Source: Candidatus Ozemobacteraceae bacterium (GTDB taxonomy: Bacteria > Muiribacteriota > Ozemobacteria > Ozemobacterales > Ozemobacteraceae). Taken from it: a stretch of 64,000 bases of DNA. Of this stretch, positions 18,214-27,530 are shown one piece after another. The notes beneath the pieces were generated by a model, which made no database searches, was not told where the DNA came from, and saw only the letters and a program-made list of their open reading frames with translations. The stretch is taken from assembly GCA_965140445.1 (NCBI GenBank), contig OZ223236.1, positions 2,400,001-2,464,000 on the forward strand. Direction: 5' to 3'. Every line of letters begins with the position of its first letter. Within the stretch, counting starts at the first letter, position 1. The position numbers and the translations under genes are program-made.

Positions 18214-19902
18214 CTATTCTGCTCTGGCTAATGCAAATACCTGCTCTGGTGTGGTCAATCCTTGTTGCCATTTAATGATGATATCATCTTTTAGAGTCTT
18301 CATGCCAAGACGAATGGCTTCATCTTTCAAATCATCCGGTCCAACCTTCTGAATGATCATACGGCGTATATTTTCATGGGTAAATAGAACCTCATGCACA
18401 CCTACGCGACCTTTGTATCCTGTTTTCCCACACTTATCACAGCCTTTGCCTTTATAATATGTTTCATTTATGGCTTCAGGCGGCAATCCAAGATCTTTAA
18501 TCGTTTCAGCAGTAATTTCAGTGTCAACGTCTTTGCAGAATTTACAAACCCTTCTTGCAAGCCTCTGAGAAACAACGCAAAGAATCGCAGAAGAAACCAG
18601 GAACGGCTCAACTCCCATATCAACAAGCCTGATACAGGTACTCGGAGCATCATTCGTATGAAGTGTCGCAAAAACAAGATGGCCTGTTAGGGCCGCTTCA
18701 ACCGCGATACTGGCAGTTTCTTCATCGCGGATCTCACCAAGCATGATTACGTCTGGATCTTGCCTCAGGAAAGCACGAAGAACTGTTGAGAATGTTAGCT
18801 CTATTTCATGTCTAACCTGAACCTGATTAATAAATTTAATTTTGTATTCGACAGGGTTTTCAACTGTACAAATATTTAGATCCGGCCCTTTAATCGCATT
18901 CAGGCAGGAATAAAGTGTAGTTGTTTTTCCCGAACCAGTTGGGCCAGTAACCAGACACATGCCATTTGGGGAGGCAATAGATTTTTTAACCAGTTCAAAG
19001 TTAACTGGTGTAAAGCCCATCTGGTCAAGCATAACATTAACGTTAGATTTGTCCAGAATACGAAGACAGGCCTTTTCTCCCCATGCGGTCGGAATTGTAT
19101 TAACACGGAAATCAATCGGCTTATCCATGATAATCATCTGAATACGACCATCCTGAGGCAAACGACGCTCTGAAATGTCCATGCCGCTGAGGATTTTTAT
19201 TCTCGACATAACAGAAGCCAGAGCTTCCTGTTGAAGATTCATTGATACTCTTAATCCGCCATCAATGCGAAGTCTAACCCTTAGTTCACCTTCATCTGGT
19301 TCAATATGAATGTCAGATGCGCCCTTTTGAACCGCCGAAGTCAAAATAAGGTTTACCAATTTGATAATTGGAGTTTCTTCGCTGGCTTTTTTAAGATTGT
19401 CTAAACCACCAGCAGCAGCAGCATCCGGGTCTTCGCCATTGGCCAGAGCGTTTAGCGCATCAGCCATGGCCCCTGCAACGTATAATTGATCTGTTTTATC
19501 TGCAATCTGGTTTTCGGAACAAATGGCTCTTACAACTTCACAATTATTTTGAAATTGAATTTCATCAATGATAAAAACGTCCAAAGGATCAGCCATTCCT
19601 ATCATAAGGCTGTTATCGTTGAAACTGATGGGGACGAGATTGTGTTTCCTACAGATTTTCTCCGGAACCATTTTTAGGACTTCTGGAGTAATTTCTACCT
19701 TGCTTAGATCAACAAAGGGAACCTTAAGCTGTTTTCCTAAAATTGGCAGGAGTTTATCTTCTGAAAGATAACCAAGTTCGATTAAAACCTGCCCAATACG
19801 TTTTCCGCGCTTTTTTTGCTCAGCTAACGCAATGTTCAGTTCTTTTTCGGTGACATGGCCTGCTTCCATGAGCAGTTGTCCAATTTTTTTTCGCTTAAAC
19901 AT
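18214..19902 (-). CDS. pilB: Pilus assembly ATPase PilB/GspE with an N-terminal MshEN domain
   Basis: ASDIHIEP, ERRLPQDG, GPTGSGKTT, LRQDPDVIMLGEIRD, TGHLVFATLH, CxxC...CxxC; tandem MshEN motifs at the N-terminus. Confidence 0.95.
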   Translation of the reverse strand: MFKRKKIGQLLMEAGHVTEKELNIALAEQKKRGKRIGQVLIELGYLSEDKLLPILGKQLKVPFVDLSKVEITPEVLKMVPEKICRKHNLVPISFNDNSLMIGMADPLDVFIIDEIQFQNNCEVVRAICSENQIADKTDQLYVAGAMADALNALANGEDPDAAAAGGLDNLKKASEETPIIKLVNLILTSAVQKGASDIHIEPDEGELRVRLRIDGGLRVSMNLQQEALASVMSRIKILSGMDISERRLPQDGRIQMIIMDKPIDFRVNTIPTAWGEKACLRILDKSNVNVMLDQMGFTPVNFELVKKSIASPNGMCLVTGPTGSGKTTTLYSCLNAIKGPDLNICTVENPVEYKIKFINQVQVRHEIELTFSTVLRAFLRQDPDVIMLGEIRDEETASIAVEAALTGHLVFATLHTNDAPSTCIRLVDMGVEPFLVSSAILCVVSQRLARRVCKFCKDVDTEITAETIKDLGLPPEAINETYYKGKGCDKCGKTGYKGRVGVHEVLFTHENIRRMIIQKVGPDDLKDEAIRLGMKTLKDDIIIKWQQGLTTPEQVFALARAE

Positions 19903-19955
19903 AACTTAGAGACCTATTCTAACCTAATATAAAAGAAAAATAAATATAATAGCTC

Positions 19956-20705
19956 TTATTGGGCTGATTCCCAATATTTTCTTCTAGCTTCCATGTAATG
20001 TGGATTCAGTTGAATAGCAATTCTGAACTCGTCCATAGCATCATCATGCTTGCCTTGTTTTTTTAGAACTATTCCAAGGTGATAGTGTAAGTCAGCGTAT
20101 TCCGGGTGTTCTTTGATTAGCTTACGGTATTCTCTTTCTGCCTGGTCTAAGAGTCCAAGATCAGAAAAAATTAACCCAAGGTCGATTGTGACGCTTCCTC
20201 GTTCAAGTTTTGCTCCCAATGTGTCTTCTATAACTTGCCTATATTCTTGCATTGCTTGAGTAAAAGCACCCCTGTCTTCATAAATCCTGCCAACATAATA
20301 TCTAGCTGCAGCGTATTTTGGATTTATTGCCAGGGCGTTCGAAAAACTCGCCAAAGCTTTGTCCATGGCTTTGTGTTCAAAAAAAATAAGGCCTACATTG
20401 AAGTGAGCATCTGCAAAGCGCGGATTCAAGGTTAAGACAGACTCATATGACGCAATGGCCTGATCTCTGTCTCCCAATTCCCTGTATGCGTGCCCGAGAT
20501 GTGTGTAATAAACTGGATTTTTTGGATTCAGATTGACCGCTTTTATGTAGCAAAAAGAAGCTTTATCAAACTGGTCTCTTAGAAAAAAAGCGTTGCCCAG
20601 GTAAAAAAGCTTCTCATGGTCATTAGGTTGAGTTTTTAGGTGCTTAATACAAGCATCTACAACCTCATCCAGTAATGATTCTTTGTAAAGCTGCTTTTCT
20701 GGCAT
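19956..20705 (-). CDS. TPR protein
   Basis: About 6 TPRs (NPRFADAHFNVG, NPKYAAARYYVG, HPEYADLHYHLG). Confidence 0.88.
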   Translation of the reverse strand: MPEKQLYKESLLDEVVDACIKHLKTQPNDHEKLFYLGNAFFLRDQFDKASFCYIKAVNLNPKNPVYYTHLGHAYRELGDRDQAIASYESVLTLNPRFADAHFNVGLIFFEHKAMDKALASFSNALAINPKYAAARYYVGRIYEDRGAFTQAMQEYRQVIEDTLGAKLERGSVTIDLGLIFSDLGLLDQAEREYRKLIKEHPEYADLHYHLGIVLKKQGKHDDAMDEFRIAIQLNPHYMEARRKYWESAQ

Positions 20706-20726
20706 CTTTCCAACTCCTATAGCTTA

Positions 20727-21440
20727 TTAGTGCGGGTGTAAAATTGACTTTATTTCTTTCCCGAGTTTTGTTCGAGGATCAATCCTTCTAAAGGCGGCTT
20801 TATCGGTGCAATAAAGGTTTAGAACTTCAAGAGGTTCATAGTTTCTTTTTTGCAGTCCTTCTTTAAGTGAAGTGAAGAACGGAACGAGAAATTTGATTCC
20901 TTCTTCAGGTTCAAAATCGTCTTTAAGGAAGAAGCGATATTTGTGAATTACTCCGTTATCTCTTCTGTATATATCCACTTCAGGTTCTTCAAGAAGCTTT
21001 GCTCTATACGAGAAGTTTCTAACATCAAAAAAGTGCTGGCGCTCATAATTTTCATAAATATTTACTCCCCATATATAAGGATTTTTAAAGATCCAGAGAG
21101 AAAAAACGGGGGATAAGATATTTTTCAATTCATGAATTAGTTCGTAGTTGTATTCGTCTTCGGTAACCGAAATTGAAAGATTGCCACCTTTCAACTCAAA
21201 GCTGCCGCCGTAATTAAAATAGCCATGTACAGAAGCTATTTTGTCTGGAGAATCAAGATTGGATAAAATCTTTTTTGTTCTGTCGTTTATCGTTGTAAAC
21301 GTTGCATCAGGCCTATCAGTATAATCAATGTTAATTTCAGCAACATCAAAACTAAATAGGATATCTAGAACTGTTGGAATAACTTCCTTGTCTTTACGAT
21401 CACTAATAAAAATGTGTTGTTCGAGTATTTCGCCAGCCAT
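20727..21440 (-). CDS. Hypothetical cytoplasmic protein in the pilB operon
   Basis: 237-aa ORF with GGAG RBS, tightly packed with its neighbours; no family recognised. Confidence 0.65.
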   Translation of the reverse strand: MAGEILEQHIFISDRKDKEVIPTVLDILFSFDVAEINIDYTDRPDATFTTINDRTKKILSNLDSPDKIASVHGYFNYGGSFELKGGNLSISVTEDEYNYELIHELKNILSPVFSLWIFKNPYIWGVNIYENYERQHFFDVRNFSYRAKLLEEPEVDIYRRDNGVIHKYRFFLKDDFEPEEGIKFLVPFFTSLKEGLQKRNYEPLEVLNLYCTDKAAFRRIDPRTKLGKEIKSILHPH

Positions 21441-21443
21441 GCT

Positions 21444-23036
21444 TTACTCCGTTTTTATATAGATCATGGTTTGATCTTCAAGAGAATTGGTCTGTTTTGT
21501 AGTATGTTTAAGTTCTTTCATTATATTATCCAGCATCATTTGGGCGTCTTGCTCGGGGATTTTTTCAATCACTAATCTGATTCTTTCAGGTGTTAACCTT
21601 TCATCATCTGAAGAGCAATTTTCTAACGCCCCGTCAGTATACAGAAATATACCATCACCGGGCAATAAATCAAATGTGTACGGCGAATAAATTTCTCCTT
21701 CACTTGAAAAAAGTCCCAATGGAATTCCTGGTTCAAAAGTTGGAATTTCAACAAAACCATTCCTAATCCTGTTTATAAGCGGAGTTGTGTGCCCAGCTGA
21801 AGCAAAATCTACGCTACGGCTTTTCGGTTTAATTTTTAAAATGCTCATGGTTACGAATTGTTCACCCATGTCAGATCTTGTTAATTTCCCGGCAAGGAAA
21901 TTTAGTAATGAAGCCGGTGATGAACATTCCTCATACTTGCTCAGGATAAGTGACTTGAGCCTGGCAAGAAAAAAGGCGGCTTCAAGACCTTCGCCGGAAG
22001 TTGTGGCAATTACTACTATCAAACTTGAATCCGGACGATGAAAGAAATCTACATAGTCACCTGTAATAGCGCTTGAAGGTGAAAAGTCCAATGCAATATC
22101 CCAGTCTGGAAAAATTGGCGGTGATTCCGGTATTAAGCGAGCTCGTAAATCGTTTCCTATTTGCCCGAGAATTGTTTCTTCGGATTTTTTGTCCTGTTTA
22201 TTGTAAAAGCCTGAAGATTCAATGCGCATAGCAATTACTTCTGAAACCCATGCGAAAAGACTCTCATCGCTGCCTTTAAAAGGGTGTCCATTCGTGTCTA
22301 TTATTGAGAAAATTCCTTCTAGCTTGGAAAAAAAGTCCAGAGGCAGTTGCATTCTGGGCAGGTCCTTCATAATCCTGTTTTCTTCTAAAGAACCAGTGTA
22401 ATAACCTTTTCTCATTAGCTTTTCGGTGTTTATGTCTGATTCCATTTGAGTTTTGACTTCTGCAACAATTGGTGCGCCAGGATGTATTATTTCTACTTTT
22501 CCTGGTTTACTTATTCTTGTTCCTGTCAGGTATAAAAAACCCTTATCGGTTTTCTGGAAAATGAAAAATTGAAGGTTGGGAAAGATTTCCTGGATGTAGC
22601 TTAAAATACAGCTTAATTGATCCTTTAAGGGAAATTCTATGCCAACATAATTAATAAATTGGGAGATCCTGTACCTTATGTGCTCTTTTGAGTCAAATCG
22701 ATCTGGAATAAAAAATACTTCTGGGGGAAAACTTTTGTCTTTTTTTAAAACAGACTTAAGATCCATATTTTCCATGATGTTTATACGGCTGATTGAAAAT
22801 AGCATTCCAAGAAAAAGGGAAAAAGAAATAATGAGAAAAAATATTATCAGGGTTAAAACAGGGGAAAGTGTCTGGTAAAAAATGGTGTGAATAACGCAAA
22901 GACTTAATACAACCAATATTCCTACGGTTGATCTAACCAGCAATTTCCAGTTTTTATTAAAATATTTAATCATGACTTTGCACAGTCTAATTCTATCCCC
23001 GTTGTGCGTCAATAAAGAAAAAAGCTGTGCCAGCAA
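21444..23036 (-). CDS. Membrane-anchored GAF-like + SpoIIE/RsbU-family PP2C domain protein (possibly inactive)
   Basis: Two TMs; GDYVDF, FVTM, ASAGH, GIPLG, GDGIFLYTDG. True start may be ATG 22973. Confidence 0.8.
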   Translation of the reverse strand: MLAQLFSLLTHNGDRIRLCKVMIKYFNKNWKLLVRSTVGILVVLSLCVIHTIFYQTLSPVLTLIIFFLIISFSLFLGMLFSISRINIMENMDLKSVLKKDKSFPPEVFFIPDRFDSKEHIRYRISQFINYVGIEFPLKDQLSCILSYIQEIFPNLQFFIFQKTDKGFLYLTGTRISKPGKVEIIHPGAPIVAEVKTQMESDINTEKLMRKGYYTGSLEENRIMKDLPRMQLPLDFFSKLEGIFSIIDTNGHPFKGSDESLFAWVSEVIAMRIESSGFYNKQDKKSEETILGQIGNDLRARLIPESPPIFPDWDIALDFSPSSAITGDYVDFFHRPDSSLIVVIATTSGEGLEAAFFLARLKSLILSKYEECSSPASLLNFLAGKLTRSDMGEQFVTMSILKIKPKSRSVDFASAGHTTPLINRIRNGFVEIPTFEPGIPLGLFSSEGEIYSPYTFDLLPGDGIFLYTDGALENCSSDDERLTPERIRLVIEKIPEQDAQMMLDNIMKELKHTTKQTNSLEDQTMIYIKTE

Positions 23037-23081
23037 GCTGACACAGCCACAAATTTAAGGGAGGATTATATAGAGTCGCAG

Positions 23082-23522
23082 TTAAGCAGCTCTATAGGTT
23101 TCGTACGATTGATCAATTTTATGAGTCAGGTTATTACAATGATTAGTCATTGCTTCGATCGCTCTTGGATCACCAATTTTTACGAGCGCTTCGCTGGCAG
23201 CAATGCTAACTTCTTCTTTCGGGTCGTTGAGGCTTTCTATGAGAGCTTCGACTACAGCAGTTCCCCTGCGGTCTCCAAGCTGGATGCAGGAAATTCGTCG
23301 AACGCGCCAATCAGCATTTTTAAGGCCTTTGATGTATCTCCATGTTTGGTCAACAGGTGTTACTGTTGCCAATGGGGTAATCTTTTTTCTAGGAGCAAAA
23401 ACCGGTTCTTCTTTTGACTCGGTTAGCTTCCTCCATAGTCCGCCAAAAACCTTTTCGAACAAAAACCAGCCAGTGAAATATACCAGCGTTAAAAGAAATA
23501 TTTTTACTTCTAGTTGCCACAT
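23082..23522 (-). CDS. Single-TM HEAT (PBS-lyase-like) repeat protein
   Basis: DWRVRRISCIQLG, EEVSIAASEALVKIGDPRAI. Confidence 0.8.
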   Translation of the reverse strand: MWQLEVKIFLLTLVYFTGWFLFEKVFGGLWRKLTESKEEPVFAPRKKITPLATVTPVDQTWRYIKGLKNADWRVRRISCIQLGDRRGTAVVEALIESLNDPKEEVSIAASEALVKIGDPRAIEAMTNHCNNLTHKIDQSYETYRAA

Positions 23523-23560
23523 TTGTTATGCCTCCGGACATTTTCTATATTCTTCGAAAG

Positions 23561-23588
23561 ATATCGGAAGAAAAATCGGCAACCCTTA
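23561..23588 (-). promoter_or_regulatory. Putative sigma28-like promoter heading the HEAT-PP2C-hyp-TPR-pilB-pilC operon
   Basis: TAAG-N16-TCCGATAT upstream of a GGAGG RBS. Confidence 0.6.
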
Positions 23589-23606
23589 GCAGTTTTATTT
23601 GAATTT

Positions 23607-25178
23607 CTAAATTTTTGATGGCCACCCAGTCGTTGTGGGTTGAACTTTTCCAGTTAAGACCTTTAACAAAGCATCGATTGCGGGGCTTCTAAAGCCAAAA
23701 GTTGCACAAGAAGTTTTTATTTCTGGTGCATAGCTTATATCGAATGGATTTCTAAGAGCTGCCAAAATCAATTCTGGAAATAGTGAATGAACTTTTTGGG
23801 CGGCGTCTATTTGTCCCCTGAATAAATGCCCATTATAAGAGAAAAACAATGCTTTTGTATTTTCTGGCAAACTTTTATTGTCTTTAAAAGAATAAAAATC
23901 TTTCAGGATTTCTTCGCATGCGGATTTGGGGTTATAGCTGAAACAGACTGCATTTGGAAAGACTTTCGAAATTTGATCTTGAATTCCACCATTGCAATGG
24001 CTTTCTTCTACCTGCACCAATGAAGCAATTTCCGGGCAGAAAAATAAAATAGGTTCAGTAGCTTTAAAAGGAAAAACATTGGGAGAGTATCGTGCAAAAA
24101 GGATTGAATGATCATAAACCTTTTCAACCAAGGTTTTGTGTTCTTCTTTTAATTGTTTCAGAGAAGCGTTAAAGCCTACGCAAGTTTCAGACATTTTATC
24201 TCTGGCAGTTTTTATGCGCTTCATACTTTCTGCTAAACGAGTTTGCGCTTTTTTATTGGTTTTTACTAAATTCAAAATAGTCTCGGCAGCTTTTTTTTGT
24301 TCTGAAAGCTGATGGCAGATTAACAGAAGATCGGCTCCAGCCAAAAAGGATTTTGCAGCAGCATCCGCAATGCCGTATTTCTCTGTGATTGCGCCCATTT
24401 CCAAATCATCGGTTATCAACAAGCCCTCAAATTTAAGTTCATCTCGAAGTAGTTTTGTAAGAACTGATTCTGAAAGGGTGGCGGGCAAATCTGAAGATGA
24501 CTCATAGGCAGGGAAAAAGACGTGGGCAGTCATTATCGCAGCAACCTTTTCCTGGATAGCGGCTTTAAATGGAGCTAATTCAAAAGATTCCAATCGTTTT
24601 TTGTCATACGGAATTGTTGGCAGGGTTAAGTGTGAATCAACCTTTGCGTGTCCCTTGCCCGGGAAGTGCTTGGCACAGGCCAGAACACCTGTTTTCTGAA
24701 GACCCTTGATTGCAGCTGTTCCAAACTTTGAAACCAGTTCAGGAGTATCACCAAAAGATCTTGCTCCAATTCCGGGATTATCGGAGTGGTTGATATCTAA
24801 AACCGGTGCCAGATTCCAATTCAGCCCAAGGCTGAGCATTTCTTTTCCAATGGCTTCGTAAGTTGATTCAGCAAGTGTCTCGTCCTTGCATGCAGCAAGC
24901 CCCATAGCTGAGGGGAAAAGGCTACCGCCTTCAAGGATGCGTAAAACCAATCCACCTTCTTGATCAATTGCAGCAAAGACTTCCTGACCAGAAGCTTCTT
25001 TTATTTTTTTCAGACATTCAGGGAGTTTCTCTGGTCTGGAAAGGTTTCGGGCGAAAACAATTACCCCGCCAATTCCCCATTCCCTGACAAAATCAAGAAA
25101 TTCGTCAGAAGGTTCATCACCCTGGTAACCAATAACAAACAACTGGCCTATGCTTTTTTTATCCATTGTCATCCCCAT
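23607..25178 (-). CDS. nagZ: GH3 beta-N-acetylglucosaminidase
   Basis: IDQEGG, NLAPVLD, RSFG, KHFPGKG...DSH, MTAHV, ITDDLEM; no signal peptide. Confidence 0.9.
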   Translation of the reverse strand: MGMTMDKKSIGQLFVIGYQGDEPSDEFLDFVREWGIGGVIVFARNLSRPEKLPECLKKIKEASGQEVFAAIDQEGGLVLRILEGGSLFPSAMGLAACKDETLAESTYEAIGKEMLSLGLNWNLAPVLDINHSDNPGIGARSFGDTPELVSKFGTAAIKGLQKTGVLACAKHFPGKGHAKVDSHLTLPTIPYDKKRLESFELAPFKAAIQEKVAAIMTAHVFFPAYESSSDLPATLSESVLTKLLRDELKFEGLLITDDLEMGAITEKYGIADAAAKSFLAGADLLLICHQLSEQKKAAETILNLVKTNKKAQTRLAESMKRIKTARDKMSETCVGFNASLKQLKEEHKTLVEKVYDHSILFARYSPNVFPFKATEPILFFCPEIASLVQVEESHCNGGIQDQISKVFPNAVCFSYNPKSACEEILKDFYSFKDNKSLPENTKALFFSYNGHLFRGQIDAAQKVHSLFPELILAALRNPFDISYAPEIKTSCATFGFRSPAIDALLKVLTGKVQPTTTGWPSKI

Positions 25179-25299
25179 TCAAAAATAAAGCCTAAGATAT
25201 TATTTAGACGTTCTATTTTATCAAAAAATCTTAGGTTTTGGTTTAAACCTGACAATCTATGCGGTATAATTCATTTGCCAAACTATCAAGGAGAAATCT

Positions 25300-26691
25300 A
25301 TGTTTTGTTTCAGATGCGGTAAAAAATTGCCACCAAGGGGCGTTTCATGTCCAGATTGTAATACCCCACAAAAAAGAAGAAAACGCTACAGGAACAGAAT
25401 GATTTTGGGACTTTTTATATTTCTGGCCGGAGCATTGGTCGGAAGTATTTTTGATTCTTTGATATTTAAGGGGCGGGTTCTGGAACATACCTTTTTCAAT
25501 GTGTTTAATGAAAGCTCCAATACAACAGCTTCTGAAACTCCTGTGATGGAGGAAGTGGGCCCTGAGATGCCTGATGAGTCTACTCCTCAAATTGCAAACC
25601 CAAGCCAGTTGGCGATGCAACAAAACAATGATTCGAGCAATCAGGAATCTTCAGAAGAGTTGACCAAAATTGAAGCTTCTACCGCTAATGAAAATATAGT
25701 TGCGTCAGCTACAGAAGAGCAAAAAAATGAAACTGAAACTGAAATAGCTGCTTCGGCTTCCTCGATGGTTGAAACGGAAACAATGCAAATCGGCAGCGAC
25801 ACAGAAGCTTCTATCGCAGTTAAGGAAAAGGGAGAGCTGGTATTTGACAAGGGATACACTCTGGAAGCAGCTGAAGGTAGTAATTACCATGGATTTGTAT
25901 CTGAAGATGGAAAAGAAGTGGTTTTTGCTTCAAATCGTTACGAAGTTAATGGAAAGAAAAAATACCAATGCATGGTGAAATCCTTTAATCCTGCTGCTAA
26001 GGCCGAAAAGTTGTTTGATTGGCCTGGAAATATATGGACCCCTGAATTCACTCCAGATAGATCAAAAGTCATTTTTTCCAGCGATAGTACGAAATTTGAA
26101 CATATTTTTGTATACAACCGCAAAACAGGGAAAATCGAGAAAATTACATCTGGAACAACCAAGAATATGATGCCGTCAATTTCTCCTGATGGCACTTTGG
26201 TGGCTTTTGTTTCAAACCAAAAAGGCGCTAATAATATTTGGATTTCAGGCCTCGATGGCAAAAACCTTATCCAGATTTCTTCTGGAAAGTATGATGACAG
26301 AGAGCCCAGGTGGTGGCCTGATGGACGCTCCATTGTTTTTACACGTATTTATGAGCACTTAAAAAAATCTTCTATTGTCAGGGTTGAACTTGAACCTCTT
26401 GGAAGTCCAGTAGAATTGATAAAATCGGATAGCAGAAACTGGCTGGCAGATGTTTCTCCAGATGGCAGCAAAATGGCTTTTATCCGCTCTGAATCAAGCG
26501 ATGGAAGCAAGAACACTATTTTTATCTATGATGTGAAAAGTTCAAAATCTATAGCAATAAAACCTATTGGGCCTGCTGAGTATTTTAGACCTATCTGGCT
26601 TAAGCACCAGGATGGGTTGATATTTCATGCAAATAAGAATAAAAAGAAAAGTCTTTATATTGCAGACTTTAAAAGGAAGCCAAAAGGGTGA
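25300..26691 (+). CDS. Zinc-ribbon - TM - acidic linker - PD40/TolB-like beta-propeller protein
   Basis: CFRC/CPDC; TM MILGLFIFLAGALVG; repeats PEFTPDRS, PSISPDGT, PRWWPDGR, DVSPDGS. Confidence 0.8.
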   Translation: MFCFRCGKKLPPRGVSCPDCNTPQKRRKRYRNRMILGLFIFLAGALVGSIFDSLIFKGRVLEHTFFNVFNESSNTTASETPVMEEVGPEMPDESTPQIANPSQLAMQQNNDSSNQESSEELTKIEASTANENIVASATEEQKNETETEIAASASSMVETETMQIGSDTEASIAVKEKGELVFDKGYTLEAAEGSNYHGFVSEDGKEVVFASNRYEVNGKKKYQCMVKSFNPAAKAEKLFDWPGNIWTPEFTPDRSKVIFSSDSTKFEHIFVYNRKTGKIEKITSGTTKNMMPSISPDGTLVAFVSNQKGANNIWISGLDGKNLIQISSGKYDDREPRWWPDGRSIVFTRIYEHLKKSSIVRVELEPLGSPVELIKSDSRNWLADVSPDGSKMAFIRSESSDGSKNTIFIYDVKSSKSIAIKPIGPAEYFRPIWLKHQDGLIFHANKNKKKSLYIADFKRKPKG

Positions 26692-27527
26692 TAAATGAAG
26701 TTTTTACTTCAATTTCAGTTCTGCTTTTTGCGCCTGTTTGTTTCTATTTTGCGCTGAAAAAAGAGCTGCTTGATTCTGACCTCAAAAAGGCAGTCTTCTC
26801 TGGAATGTTCGTTGGTCTTGCCGGAGTTGCTCTTGTTAAGCTCATTTATACGCCTGTTGAGTGGTATCTTGGAACTTCACTAAGAGAGTTTTTAAGTGAT
26901 TCAAGGTCCTGGCAAATGTCTTTAGCGGCAGCCATTTTTGTTGTTGGATTGATTGAAGAAGGTGTAAAAACATTGGTTGCCCTTGTCGCAGCGAATCAGA
27001 TCGCAAAAATGAAGCGACCATGTATTGTTTTCTTGATATTTGCCGGCACCGCAATTGGCTTCTCTTCATTTGAAAATTTACAGTATTATATGGAATTTGG
27101 CTTAAACAACGCAATTCAAAGATTGATAATTTGTCCAACAGCACATCTTTTTTTCTCATGTATCAGTGGATTTATAATTGCTGGGGCTTTTCTTAGAAAG
27201 AAATCCGATTCTACTGTCGCGATTAGGATATTTGGGGCGGTTTTACTGGCTGCTATCGCCCATGGAATCTATGATTTTGTTCTTCCAAGGCTTCCTCTTG
27301 ATGTTGCTATTAGTTTTTTGATTTGTTTTACTTCGTTTGCTTTTTTCTGTATTTACGAATTATGGATTAAAGTTTTAAAAATGGATTTACCCAGGGAAGA
27401 CAATTTGTGTATTTGTGCAGGGTGTGGGGCTTTTTCAGTTGGGAAAGCCAGATATTGCAATTTTTGTGGGAATCGCGTGCTTGCAAGCTTTATGGATATA
27501 AAGCTTAAACCTTTAGACACAGAGTAA
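26688..27527 (+). CDS. PrsW-family intramembrane metalloprotease with a C-terminal zinc ribbon
   Basis: EEGVK, FSSFEN, AH and HGIYD motifs; CAGC/CNFC. Confidence 0.85.
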   Translation: MINEVFTSISVLLFAPVCFYFALKKELLDSDLKKAVFSGMFVGLAGVALVKLIYTPVEWYLGTSLREFLSDSRSWQMSLAAAIFVVGLIEEGVKTLVALVAANQIAKMKRPCIVFLIFAGTAIGFSSFENLQYYMEFGLNNAIQRLIICPTAHLFFSCISGFIIAGAFLRKKSDSTVAIRIFGAVLLAAIAHGIYDFVLPRLPLDVAISFLICFTSFAFFCIYELWIKVLKMDLPREDNLCICAGCGAFSVGKARYCNFCGNRVLASFMDIKLKPLDTE

Positions 27528-27530
27528 AAA

